A stretch of DNA of 32,000 bases, taken from Nitrosospira multiformis ATCC 25196 (GTDB lineage: Bacteria; Pseudomonadota; Gammaproteobacteria; Burkholderiales; Nitrosomonadaceae). A program made the position numbers and the translations under genes. The notes under the pieces were generated by a model. That model was not told where the DNA came from and made no database searches. It worked only from the letters and a program-made list of their open reading frames with translations. The DNA lies in contig NC_007614.1 in NCBI RefSeq assembly GCF_000196355.1, positions 2,970,001 to 3,002,000 of the forward strand, read 5' to 3'. Every line of letters starts with the position of its first letter. Position 1 is the stretch's first letter. This document shows, piece after piece, positions 8,255 through 17,100 of this stretch.

Positions 8255-9185
8255 AACATGGCGCAGATGAGTTGGCTCGTTCACCTCACGGCACCCCGCC
8301 GTCCAGGAGGGATACGTACGGCAGTATTGAAAATACTGTCGCGAAGCTGCGGACGCAGCGTATCGCCTCCTTCGAATATCGGCAACGGCCGTGATCCGTC
8401 CGCAAGCTTCCGTCGCGCAAGGCGCTTGCTGGGATTGTGGAAGGATTATGCCCGACATTGTTCCCCAACCGTGGGTGCCCCAACTCGATGATGAGGGAAT
8501 TGATTATTACATCGGCCACGTGCTGGATGTCACCCTGCGGAAGTTGCTGGCGCAAGTGAAACGGGAGTTGGGAGTTGCTTCGGAACGGGAAGCCTCTGGG
8601 GAGGTAGAAATGGAACACGCGGCAACAATTGTGCATAGCTTCACTCGCCAATTGCCCACATTCGCGAGTTGCTGGATAGCGACATTCAGGCGGCTTTCGA
8701 GGAGGAGCCTGCCGCCCCGAGCATCGACGAAGTACTTGTCTGCTATCCCGGCATAACCACGTTGCGCCTCGGCTCGCTCATGAACTACATTGCCCGGGTA
8801 CCTCTCTCATAGCGCGTATGATTTCGGAAATCCCTCATTCCGTCACCGGTAGCGAGATTCACCCCGAACCCAATTGGCCGCCATTTTCTCATAGATCACA
8901 CCACCGGATGGTCATCGGTGAAACCGCCATCATTGGCCGGCACGTGCGTTTGTATCAGGCTGTCACCCGGGGGCGAAACGTTTTCCGGTGGATGGGCAGG
9001 GCGTACTGTTAAAAGGCAAGTTGCGTCATCCCCCTAGTGGAGGACGATGTTGTTATTTATGCGGGCGCCCCCATACTGGGCCCGTATCACCATTTGGGCT
9101 TGGCGCCACGATCGATGGCAACGTCTGGATCACGCGCAGCATTTCCCCGGCAGTACCGCTTCACAGGCGCGAGTATGCTATGAGG
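8255..9185 (+). pseudogene. Serine O-acetyltransferase (EpsC/CysE type) pseudogene with multiple frameshifts and in-frame stops
   Basis: Family motifs are spread across all three plus frames: IDYYIGHVLDVTLRKLLAQVKREL; IRELLDSDIQAAFEEEPAAPSIDEVLVCYPGITT; SEIHPEPN...MVIGETAIIGRHVRLYQAVT; HPLVEDDVVIYAGAPILG; LGATIDGNVWITRSISP. Stops occur after ...RVPLS. I estimate at least five frame changes are needed to join them. Confidence 0.8.
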
Positions 9186-9674
9186 TGTATGACGGCAGGA
9201 GCGGGATCGATCCCCATTTCCCTGATCCCGGCTCCTCATCAGCGTGAAACTCGAAACTCCCCTGTATCTGGATGGGGTATGCAAGGGACGCGAGCCTCTC
9301 ATTCCCAAAAATGCGGTACCGAAAATACTCCCAATAATGTCGGCAATGAAGTCGTCCACCCCTGCCTCGCGACCCGGGAGATACATCTGATGCAATTCAT
9401 CGAGCGCGCCAACGAGCAGGGCGCTAAAAAATGCAATGGCGAGTTTGTGCCATCCACGCAGGTTGCTCGCCCAACCGATCGTGCAAGCAAGCAAGGCAAA
9501 AACACCTGCATGGACCAGTTTATCCCAGGGCGAGGGTATCAAGCCGACCGCTATAGATTGGCGTCCCCCGACAAACAGGACGGCTACGATGCCGAGTGCC
9601 GCCAATATGGCGATAGCAGGAAAATGACGGTATGTTAAGCGCTGCAGGTGCAAGATGAAATTCCTGATTGACAT
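9087..9674 (-). CDS. VanZ-like family membrane protein (C-terminal ~70 aa probably a non-native extension)
   Basis: The N-terminal ~125 aa carry VanZ hallmarks (WDKLVHAGVFALLA..., GALDELHQMYLPGREAGVDDFIADIIGSIFG) and 3-4 TM segments. The Arg/Ser-rich tail (RGSRPLHTPSRYRGVSSFTLMRSRDQGNGDRSRS...) is antisense to the 3' end of the acetyltransferase pseudogene. Confidence 0.7.
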   Translation of the reverse strand: MSIRNFILHLQRLTYRHFPAIAILAALGIVAVLFVGGRQSIAVGLIPSPWDKLVHAGVFALLACTIGWASNLRGWHKLAIAFFSALLVGALDELHQMYLPGREAGVDDFIADIIGSIFGTAFLGMRGSRPLHTPSRYRGVSSFTLMRSRDQGNGDRSRSCRHTPHSILAPVKRYCRGNAARDPDVAIDRGAKPKW

Positions 9675-9716
9675 CCACTAGGCGAGCTAATTTACTTATT
9701 TGCCCAGGCCTCTGGT

Positions 9717-10296
9717 CTACTGATCAAGAAGCCATTTGGACCTCTGATCAGCGGTTGCAGTAAACCGCCCGTAAAGCGGCACAAACAGGCGACTCGTGTC
9801 TCCATCTGCAATCCCGATGGCTCGATCGCCAGGGCTGGCCAGTGCTGCGCAGAATCCGTGACAGGCGATGTGCACCCCCAAGTAATGGGCGGCTGGCATG
9901 GCTTATGTCAGACAGGGCAGGAGCCTGCTAATAGTCAGCGTATCTTCCTCGTCATCTACGAGCAGCACCCTGGCCCCTGATAGGGGCAACTTAGTATTCA
10001 TTATGCCCCCGATTATGTAAGTGCCCCCCCTGGACCCCTTTCTAAGTTACCTGTTGAGTTAAAGAAGCAACTGTTCACTTCCCCACATGCCAGAGACGGG
10101 ATAGGATGCGCGTGAAAAATTGCCCTGTCCTCGTTGCCATGCTCCCAGTGCCATAAAACAACTGTCCCGCGCTGTCATGCATTACTGCGCGTACCGGGCC
10201 CCTGGTCGCTCCCGATTCGGGCCTGTCGATGATACTTACATGAAATGAAAGCAAATCGTTTTTCCCTCTTCCAATCAATCCTTTAAGCCCTGGCAC
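9717..10296 (-). pseudogene. Remnant of a hybrid sensor histidine kinase (HATPase C-terminus plus receiver domain), 5'-truncated
   Basis: Reverse strand: ...LSFHVSIIDRPESG...FYGTGSMATRTGQFF (G2-box-like), then GSRGGTYIIGGIMNTKLPLSGARVLLVDDEEDTLTISRLL, an in-frame TAA at 9905-9903, then ...GVHIACHGFCAALASPGDRAIGIADGD...FTATADQRSKWLLDQ. The receiver domain appears to carry an internal deletion. No kinase N-terminus is present upstream. Confidence 0.55.
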
Positions 10297-10306
10297 GTTT
10301 CATGCT
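10291..10306 (+). promoter_or_regulatory. Candidate sigma-54 (-24/-12) promoter for the PEP-CTERM gene
   Basis: TGGCACGTTTCATGCT compared with the consensus TGGCAC-N5-TTGCW: GG and GC are correctly spaced, with one mismatch at the first T of the -12 element. It lies 68 nt upstream of the ATG at 10374. Confidence 0.5.
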
Positions 10307-10373
10307 TTTTATTGGCACAACCACACTTCCTGTGGTTTGACGTAAAAAATATCAATCAATACAAGAGGGAAAC

Positions 10374-11087
10374 ATGAATAAACTTATCGCAGGGGCGCTG
10401 ACGGGTGCTGCACTGATGACAATACCGTTAGCGGCTTCCGCACTCGTCATCGACATCAATACGTATCTCACCGGCAATCCCGCTGGCAGCGATGTCACCG
10501 TTGCCACGCTGACACTTACCCAGAACGGGAACAGCGTGGATTTCAAATTCGAGAACTTCGTGAGCAATCTCGGTGCAATCGGGGATGACGCGTTTATTTC
10601 CGGCCTGTTGTTCTCCTACGATGGCTCACCTGCACTTGATAGTGATTCGTTTTGGAATTTTGGCGGCACGCAACTGGTGGGCGCCGCTGATTTCGGAATA
10701 AACCCCCCAGGGAAAGATGCAGGTTACGATTTTTACCTGGATCTGGACTATCCCACGAGCGGCAGCAACCTCGCACTCCGGTTTACCGATGGCGAATACA
10801 GCACGTGGACGGTCAGTGCGGCAGACGGTGTGTCAACTGTTCTGGTTAGCGATTTTGCTGTTCTGGTTAACGCGAGTGGCGGGGGCGATAAACCCGCTTC
10901 GCTTGCAATGGTGCATATCCAGCAGGTAGGCGCCGGGCCGGGAGGATCGGGGGCTCTGAAATACGTTGGCAGCGAAGCCAACACTCCCCCGCAGGAGGAC
11001 CCTGGGACAGTCCCGGAACCGGCGACACTTGCATTGCTGGGCCTGGGGATGGCCTCTCTTGCCTGGATGCGTAAACGTAAAAAGTAA
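10374..11087 (+). CDS. PEP-CTERM sorting-domain secreted protein
   Basis: Signal peptide MNKLIAGALTGAALMTIPLAASA and a C-terminal VPEPATLALLGLGMASLAWMRKRKK (PEP motif, TM segment, basic tail). SD-like GAGGGA lies 5 nt before the ATG. Confidence 0.9.
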   Translation: MNKLIAGALTGAALMTIPLAASALVIDINTYLTGNPAGSDVTVATLTLTQNGNSVDFKFENFVSNLGAIGDDAFISGLLFSYDGSPALDSDSFWNFGGTQLVGAADFGINPPGKDAGYDFYLDLDYPTSGSNLALRFTDGEYSTWTVSAADGVSTVLVSDFAVLVNASGGGDKPASLAMVHIQQVGAGPGGSGALKYVGSEANTPPQEDPGTVPEPATLALLGLGMASLAWMRKRKK

Positions 11088-11112
11088 CTTCCCGTTTTTT
11101 TGTATGGCCCAA

Positions 11113-11144
11113 ACCAACCCGCTTCAGCGGGTTGGTTTTTTTTT
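11113..11144 (+). terminator. Rho-independent terminator
   Basis: AACCAACCCGC-TTCA-GCGGGTTGGTT, a perfect 11-bp stem with a 4-nt loop, followed by a run of 9 T. It sits 26 nt after the PEP-CTERM stop. Confidence 0.85.
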
Positions 11145-11212
11145 GAAAACTGGCTGGCCTGCATCAATATTCCCGAACGCTACCGCTGGAAAGCGTACGA
11201 GTATGAATCGGC

Positions 11213-11256
11213 TTGAATAAAGAACATTTGTTCTCTATAATAAGAGCAACTGTTCT
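11213..11256 (+). promoter_or_regulatory. Sigma-70 promoter with two embedded GAAC-N4-GTTC-type operators (presumed binding sites of the cassette LexA-like repressor)
   Basis: -35 TTGAAT (11213-11218), 17-nt spacer, -10 TATAAT (11236-11241). Operator 1, AGAACATTTGTTCT (11221-11234), has perfect 5-bp arms and lies inside the spacer. Operator 2, AGAGCAACTGTTCT (11243-11256), has one arm mismatch and lies just downstream of the -10. Start-to-start spacing is 22 bp. Confidence 0.65.
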
Positions 11257-11273
11257 CAGTTTTACCCTTGGTC

Positions 11274-11906
11274 ATGCAACCGCTCGACATTTCCTCTTAC
11301 CTTGGCAGGCTTCAGGATTACTATGCCAGGGAAAAAATCATTCCCTCCACCACACAGTTATCCACGCTATGGAATGTGAAAGCGCGCTCCTGGACGCATC
11401 AGATCGTTCAGCGTTTAAAAGAAGAAAATTTTCTTGAAAATGCACCCGGCAGCCGTCTTCGCCCCGGATTCCGCTTTTTCGAACGGACGGTGGGGCCCGG
11501 GGTTCGGGCAGGAAGACCCCAGCAGACTGCCGATGTTCAGCCTGAACTGTTGCGCATAGACGATTACCTGATCGAAAAACCTTCTCAGACCATTCTGTTT
11601 CCGGTCAAAGGCGATTCCATGATTGATCTGGGAATACTTGAGGGCGACATCGTGATCATTGAACGCAGCAGTTCGGCGTCGCCTGGCGAAGTGGTACTGG
11701 CGATTGTGGATAGCGAATTCACGCTCAAGGTCCTCGCCAGGGATAAGGAGGGCTACTACCTGGAAGCACGCAATGAAGCACGAGGCAAGGAATATCCGCC
11801 TATCCGGCCTCAGCAGAAACTGGAAATCTACGGATTTTATGTAGGCCTGTTCCGGAAAATCCAGGTTCCAGGACCCCGCCTCCATCGCTCTGGTTTGGAC
11901 CGCTGA
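11274..11906 (+). CDS. lexA: LexA-like S24-peptidase repressor heading the mutagenesis cassette
   Basis: N-terminal winged-helix-like region; a putative self-cleavage site in VRAGRP (Ala-Gly); catalytic Ser in KGDSM and Lys in FTLKVL. The track starts at TTG 11268; the ATG at 11274 is preferred. Confidence 0.85.
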   Translation: MQPLDISSYLGRLQDYYAREKIIPSTTQLSTLWNVKARSWTHQIVQRLKEENFLENAPGSRLRPGFRFFERTVGPGVRAGRPQQTADVQPELLRIDDYLIEKPSQTILFPVKGDSMIDLGILEGDIVIIERSSSASPGEVVLAIVDSEFTLKVLARDKEGYYLEARNEARGKEYPPIRPQQKLEIYGFYVGLFRKIQVPGPRLHRSGLDR

Positions 11907-11927
11907 ATCAATGGGGCGCACCTTTCC

Positions 11928-12650
11928 ATGCCCGTTTCTCCATCTCCAGGGTCCCCGGTGCCCTTATCGCTTTCGCAAATCGAAGCCCGCTTCAGGAACA
12001 GGATATGGCGAGGGGATGCATGGGGTGCCGCCGCGGATCCGGTCATTTCCAGCGGTTTTCAGGGACTGGATAAGGAGTTGCCCGGAGGGGGCTGGTCTAC
12101 CCGCAACCTGACGGAACTGCTGTTACCGACAGAGGGGCTGGGGGAAATAAGGCTGTTGAGCTACGCCCTGGAGGAGATGACCCGAAGCGAAAGAAACATT
12201 CTGCTGGTTGCGCCCCCTTATATTCCCTATATGCATGCCTGGGAGCATCTGGGAATCGATGGACGCCATATCGTGATGGTAAGAGTTTACAAGCCTGCCG
12301 AGCGATTATGGGCCCTTGAACAGGGCATCAGGAGTGCCGCCTTTGGGACCATTATCGGTTGGCTACCGGAAGCAAGTCAGCAGGCAATGCGAAAGCTGCA
12401 AATTCTTTCCCGGAGTGCGGCAAGCCTCGTTTTTCTCTTCAGACCGGCGAGAGCACGATTCGAACCCTCCGCAGCCCCGCTGAGGATACTGCTCAGTCCC
12501 GTGCGAGGGCATTCCCACGCGCTTTCCTTGTATCTGTTGAAACGCCGGGGCGCTCCATTCGTCCTGCCTATTCGCATCCCCCTGCCTCAAGCCGCCGTCT
12601 TTTCCCGCTCCGCTGAATTGAAACCCGCTCTCATCCCCTCTTACTGTTGA
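11928..12650 (+). CDS. imuA: ImuA (SulA/RecA-like translesion-synthesis accessory protein)
   Basis: 240 aa. ...ISSGFQGLDKELPGGGWSTRNLTELLLPTEGLGEIRLLSYAL... is the characteristic ImuA core. It sits between lexA and imuB. Confidence 0.85.
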   Translation: MPVSPSPGSPVPLSLSQIEARFRNRIWRGDAWGAAADPVISSGFQGLDKELPGGGWSTRNLTELLLPTEGLGEIRLLSYALEEMTRSERNILLVAPPYIPYMHAWEHLGIDGRHIVMVRVYKPAERLWALEQGIRSAAFGTIIGWLPEASQQAMRKLQILSRSAASLVFLFRPARARFEPSAAPLRILLSPVRGHSHALSLYLLKRRGAPFVLPIRIPLPQAAVFSRSAELKPALIPSYC

Positions 12651-12660
12651 AGTTGAATCC

Positions 12661-14181
12661 ATGCTGTGGATTGCCCTTTACTTTCCCGCTTTATCGCTTG
12701 ACTGGGTTGAACGCCGGTTTCCGGAAGCGCTCATTCCCGCAATCGGAGTAACTGTCCGCAAAGGGAACCAGATCTGTATTCAACAAGCCAATAAGCCGGC
12801 GCAGGCGCGGGGAGTAATGGAGGGTCAGCCTCTCGCCAGTGCTTTGGCTGTTTTCCCGGATCTGGTGATCATGGAACAGGACTCGCATGAAGAAGGAAAA
12901 GCCCTGCAGCAAGCCGTGTATGCCGCATTACGCTTTACACCCAATATAGCGATCCAGAACAGCGGCCTGATTGCCGAGGTCTCCGGAAGCCTGAAATTGT
13001 TTGGCGGCCTGAAAAAGCTCTGCCAGTCGCTCAATCGGGTAGTGACTGCGCAAGGTTTGCAGCTCAGCGCAGGGATTGCGCCCACCGCAACGGGAGCATG
13101 GCTGCTGGCCCGTTCCGCCTCGTCGGGCACTGTCATCAATGGGAAGGGTGAGGAGTTCCGGATATTGCTCGACGCCTTGCCTGTCGGTTTTCTGGAATCG
13201 GCTCAGCCTCATCTTGAAGTCATTCGCGGGATCGGCTGTAAAACACTGGCCGATTTGCAGCGATTGCCTCGCAGCGGAGTAGCGCGTCGCTTTGGTCAGA
13301 ACCTGCCGGCAGAGCTCGATCGCGCCTACGGTGACGCGCCCGATCCACAAAAGTGGTTCGAGGCGCCGGAAGATTTCCAGCAAAAAATGAAAATGATGGG
13401 GCTGATTGAAAATGCCGGATTGCTGCTGGTTCCTGCGCAACGAATGGTCGAGCAGATGTGCGGCTGGCTGGCTTTGCGTCATGCGGCGGTATCCGCCTTT
13501 TCATTCGTGCTGCATCACGAATATTCCCTGCGGCAACCCCACAAATTTACATCCATAAACATACACCTTTCCGAGCAAAGCAGCGATCCGGCGCATTTAA
13601 TGCTGTTGCTGCGCGAGCATCTGGAACGTACAAAAATAGTGGCCCCAGTATGTGAACTGGAACTGACGGCAGATGAAATAGCGGCGGGAGCAGACGGCAA
13701 TCTGGAATTGTTTCCCACCATGCAATCCGAGACTACTTCACTCAATCGCTTCATCGAGAAATTTTCTTCCCGCCTGGGACCGGAAGCCATCACCGGTTTA
13801 AAGGTGGTTTCCGATCATCGCCCTGAATACAGCCAAAGGTTGGAACTCTCAGGGAGGGGTGCCTTGAATCGCTTTTCGAAGCGAGGGAGAAACTCGCAAA
13901 TCATTCCGCCGGAATCGCCCCGTCCAGCCTGGCTGATGGAAATCCCGCTGGAACTGAAGGTGCAACGTGGCCGGCCGGTGTATGAGTCGCCACTGAAACT
14001 GCTTGCAGGGCCGGAGCGAATCGAGGCCGGCTGGTGGAATGATGACGCCATCGCGCGGGATTACTTCATTGCGGAGAACGACCAGGGCCAATTGTTATGG
14101 ATTTACCGCGAACACAATCCGGTAGAAAAAGATAAGGGAAACAAAGACGGAAACTGGTATTTGCAAGGATTGTTTGGATAG
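12661..14181 (+). CDS. imuB: ImuB (Y-family-polymerase-like, catalytically inactive adaptor)
   Basis: 506 aa with the typical N-terminus MLWIALYFPALSLDWVERRF. Its position directly upstream of dnaE2 fits. Confidence 0.88.
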   Translation: MLWIALYFPALSLDWVERRFPEALIPAIGVTVRKGNQICIQQANKPAQARGVMEGQPLASALAVFPDLVIMEQDSHEEGKALQQAVYAALRFTPNIAIQNSGLIAEVSGSLKLFGGLKKLCQSLNRVVTAQGLQLSAGIAPTATGAWLLARSASSGTVINGKGEEFRILLDALPVGFLESAQPHLEVIRGIGCKTLADLQRLPRSGVARRFGQNLPAELDRAYGDAPDPQKWFEAPEDFQQKMKMMGLIENAGLLLVPAQRMVEQMCGWLALRHAAVSAFSFVLHHEYSLRQPHKFTSINIHLSEQSSDPAHLMLLLREHLERTKIVAPVCELELTADEIAAGADGNLELFPTMQSETTSLNRFIEKFSSRLGPEAITGLKVVSDHRPEYSQRLELSGRGALNRFSKRGRNSQIIPPESPRPAWLMEIPLELKVQRGRPVYESPLKLLAGPERIEAGWWNDDAIARDYFIAENDQGQLLWIYREHNPVEKDKGNKDGNWYLQGLFG

Positions 14182-14186
14182 CTTCC

Positions 14187-17100
14187 ATGCCCTCTTCTGC
14201 TCCGGATTACGCTGAACTTCATTGCTGTTCCACCTTCAACTTCCTCAAAGGCGCTTCCATGCCGGAAGAGCTGGTGGAACGTGCCGCCACCTTGGGTTAC
14301 AGCGCCCTCGCTATCACGGATGAGTGCTCTATGGCGGGAGTGGTGAGAGCGCATGCGGAAGCCAAAAAAACGGGATTGCATCTTCTGATCGGCAGCGAAT
14401 TCGTGCTGGAGGATGGGCTGCGGCTGGTGGGTCTCGCCATGAACCGGGAAGGCTATGGCAATCTGTGCGAACTGATCACGCTGGCAAGGCAGCGTAGCGC
14501 GAAAGGGACTTATCGCATCACTCGCGCGGACTTTGAAAGCTGTACGGATGCACCTCATCTTGCCCGCTTGCCCGATTGCCTGATCCTGCTGATTCCTCGC
14601 CGGAATCAAGCAGACGGTTCCTGGGTCGAGGATATGCGCTGGGTGCGGTCGCTGTTTCCCGGCCGCGGCTGGATCTCTGTCGAACGGCTGCTTCATGCCG
14701 GGGAAGAGGTGTGGTTCGAAAGAATACGCCACGCGGCGGAAACCATTGGCATGCCGCTGGTGGCGGCAGGCGATGTGCATATGCACGATCGTGCCCACAA
14801 GCCCTTGCAGGATACGATGACCGCAATTCGGCTGAGCCAACCGCTAGCGGCATGCGGTTATGCGTTGCAGCCTAATGCAGAACAGCATCTGCGCACCCGA
14901 TTGGAGCTGGCGCAACTCTATCCGCCGGAACTCCTGCAGGAAACCCTTTCCATTGCCGCGCGCTGTACCTTTTCATTAGATGAGCTGCGCTATGAATATC
15001 CTGATGAATTAACGGGAACTGACGAGACTTATACCGACTATCTGCGGCGCATGGTCGAAAACGGCATGAGGTGGCGTTTTCCCAAAGGTGCCTCAATCAA
15101 GGTTAGGAAACAGATCGAGCATGAATTGAAGCTGATTGCTGATCTCAAGTATGAACCTTATTTCCTGACAGTATTCGATATCGTAAGCTTCGCCCGGTCA
15201 CAAGGGATTTTGTGCCAGGGACGCGGATCGGCAGCGAATTCCGCAGTCTGCTATTGCCTGGGTATTACCGAGATCGATCCGGAGCGTAGCAATCTGCTGT
15301 TCGAACGCTTTATTTCCAGGGAACGCAACGAACCTCCCGACATCGACGTCGATTTCGAGCACCAGCGTCGCGGGGAAGTCATTCAGTACATCTACCGGAG
15401 ATACGGCCGTGATCGGGCCGCCATTGCTGCAACTGTCATCACCTATCGCACCCGCTCGGCAGTTCAGGATGTGGGTAAAGCGCTGGGACTCGATATCGAA
15501 CGTATCAGACGCCTATCCACCTCCCTTGCCCGATGGGATAAAAGCTCGGATATCAATAAGCGCCTGGGCGAGAACGGCTTCGATCCCGGCAGTCCGGTAA
15601 TCCGCCAACTGATTCTGCTGACCACTCTCCTGTATGGCTATCCGCGCCATTTGTCCCAGCACGTGGGCGGGTTTGTGCTGACCCGGGACAAACTCTGCCG
15701 CATTGTCCCCATCGAAAATGCCGCCATGCCGAATCGCCGCATCATCCAATGGGATAAGGACGACCTGGCGGAGGTGGGGTTGATGAAAGTCGACGTGCTT
15801 GCGCTCGGAATGCTATCGGCAATACACCGCGCGCTTGATCTGATTTCGAGCCGGCGCGGTGTGCCCTTCCAGATGCAGGATATACCCCCGGAAGACGAAA
15901 AGACTTACGACATGATCTGCAAGGCGGACACGATCGGCGTCTTTCAGATCGAATCCCGTGCGCAAATGTCCATGCTGCCGCGTTTGAGGCCACGGACTTT
16001 CTACGATCTGGTAGTAGAAGTCGCGATCGTCCGGCCCGGCCCGATTCAGGGCGACATGGTGCATCCTTATCTGCGCCGCAGGCAGGATAAGGAAAAGCCC
16101 GATTATCCAGAAGGAGTGGAAACCGCCCTAGCGCGAACCTATGGCGTCCCAATCTTCCAGGAACAGGTAATGCAGGTGGCCATGCTCGCCGCCGGCTTCA
16201 CTTCAGGGGAAGCAGACCAGTTGAGGCGCTCCATGGCTGCCTGGAAGAGAAAAGGAGGCTTGGGTGCCTTCCATGAGAAGCTGATCGATGGGATGACAAA
16301 CCGAGGCTACACACGGGAATTCGCCGAGCGTATCTTCCGGCAGATCGAGGGCTTTGGCGAATACGGGTTTCCGGAATCCCACGCCGCAAGCTTTGCATTG
16401 CTGGTATATGTCTCCGCCTGGCTCAAATGCCACGAGCCTGCCGCTTTCCTTTGCGCCCTGCTGAACAGCCTGCCTATGGGTTTCTATAGCGCCTCGCAAC
16501 TGATTCAGGATGCCGGGCGGCACGGGGTTCAAATCAAGCCGGTGGACGTCACCATCAGCAATTGGGAGTGCATCCTTGAGGAACAGGAGGATAAAGCGCT
16601 TCAGCCGATTGTCCGGCTGGGCCTGAACAGGGTGAAAGGGATGGGACTGGAAGCCGCCACCCGCATTGTTGAAGCAAGAGAAATCGCATCTTTTGAAAAC
16701 CCCGACGACCTGGCAAACCGCGCTTCCTTGAATACCGCTGAAGTTCATGCGCTTGCCCGTGCAGATGCCTTGCGAACCTTGTCGGGACATCGGCGCCAGA
16801 CGTTGTGGTCAGTTGCATCGCATATCACACAGCGGGACCTGATGCGGCATGCTCCGGCGAAGGAAACGTTGCCAGTCATTCCGGCCGCGCCGGAGGGAGA
16901 GGAAATCATCGCCGATTACGCCAGTACCAGACTTACCCTGCGCAGACACCCCCTGGCACTGCTGCGCCCGACGCTGGCAAGCATGAACCTGCGCTCGGCA
17001 ATGGAGTTATCTGATTACCCTACCGGGCGGTTGGTCCGCACCACCGGCATCGTGACCTGCCGACAACGCCCCGGCACCGCCAGCGGCGTCATGTTCGTCA

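Noticed and set aside
7322-9905. Idea that one receiver-domain gene was split by insertion of the 7.5-9.7 kb segment: the N-terminal part ends ...TATADQRSKWLLDQ at 9717 and a C-terminal part, ...GARFDSHLVKPVD, lies at 7450
   Set aside because: The two pieces overlap in the domain positions they cover. The lower remnant also has its own receiver-like upstream sequence (..SPVQVVVMSGF..). Two separate decayed paralogues are the simpler explanation.
10313-10328. Second TGGCAC hexamer (TGGCACAACCACACTT) 22 nt downstream of the called sigma-54 promoter
   Set aside because: The -12 position has no GC dinucleotide at the required spacing, so only the upstream site (10291-10306) is reported.
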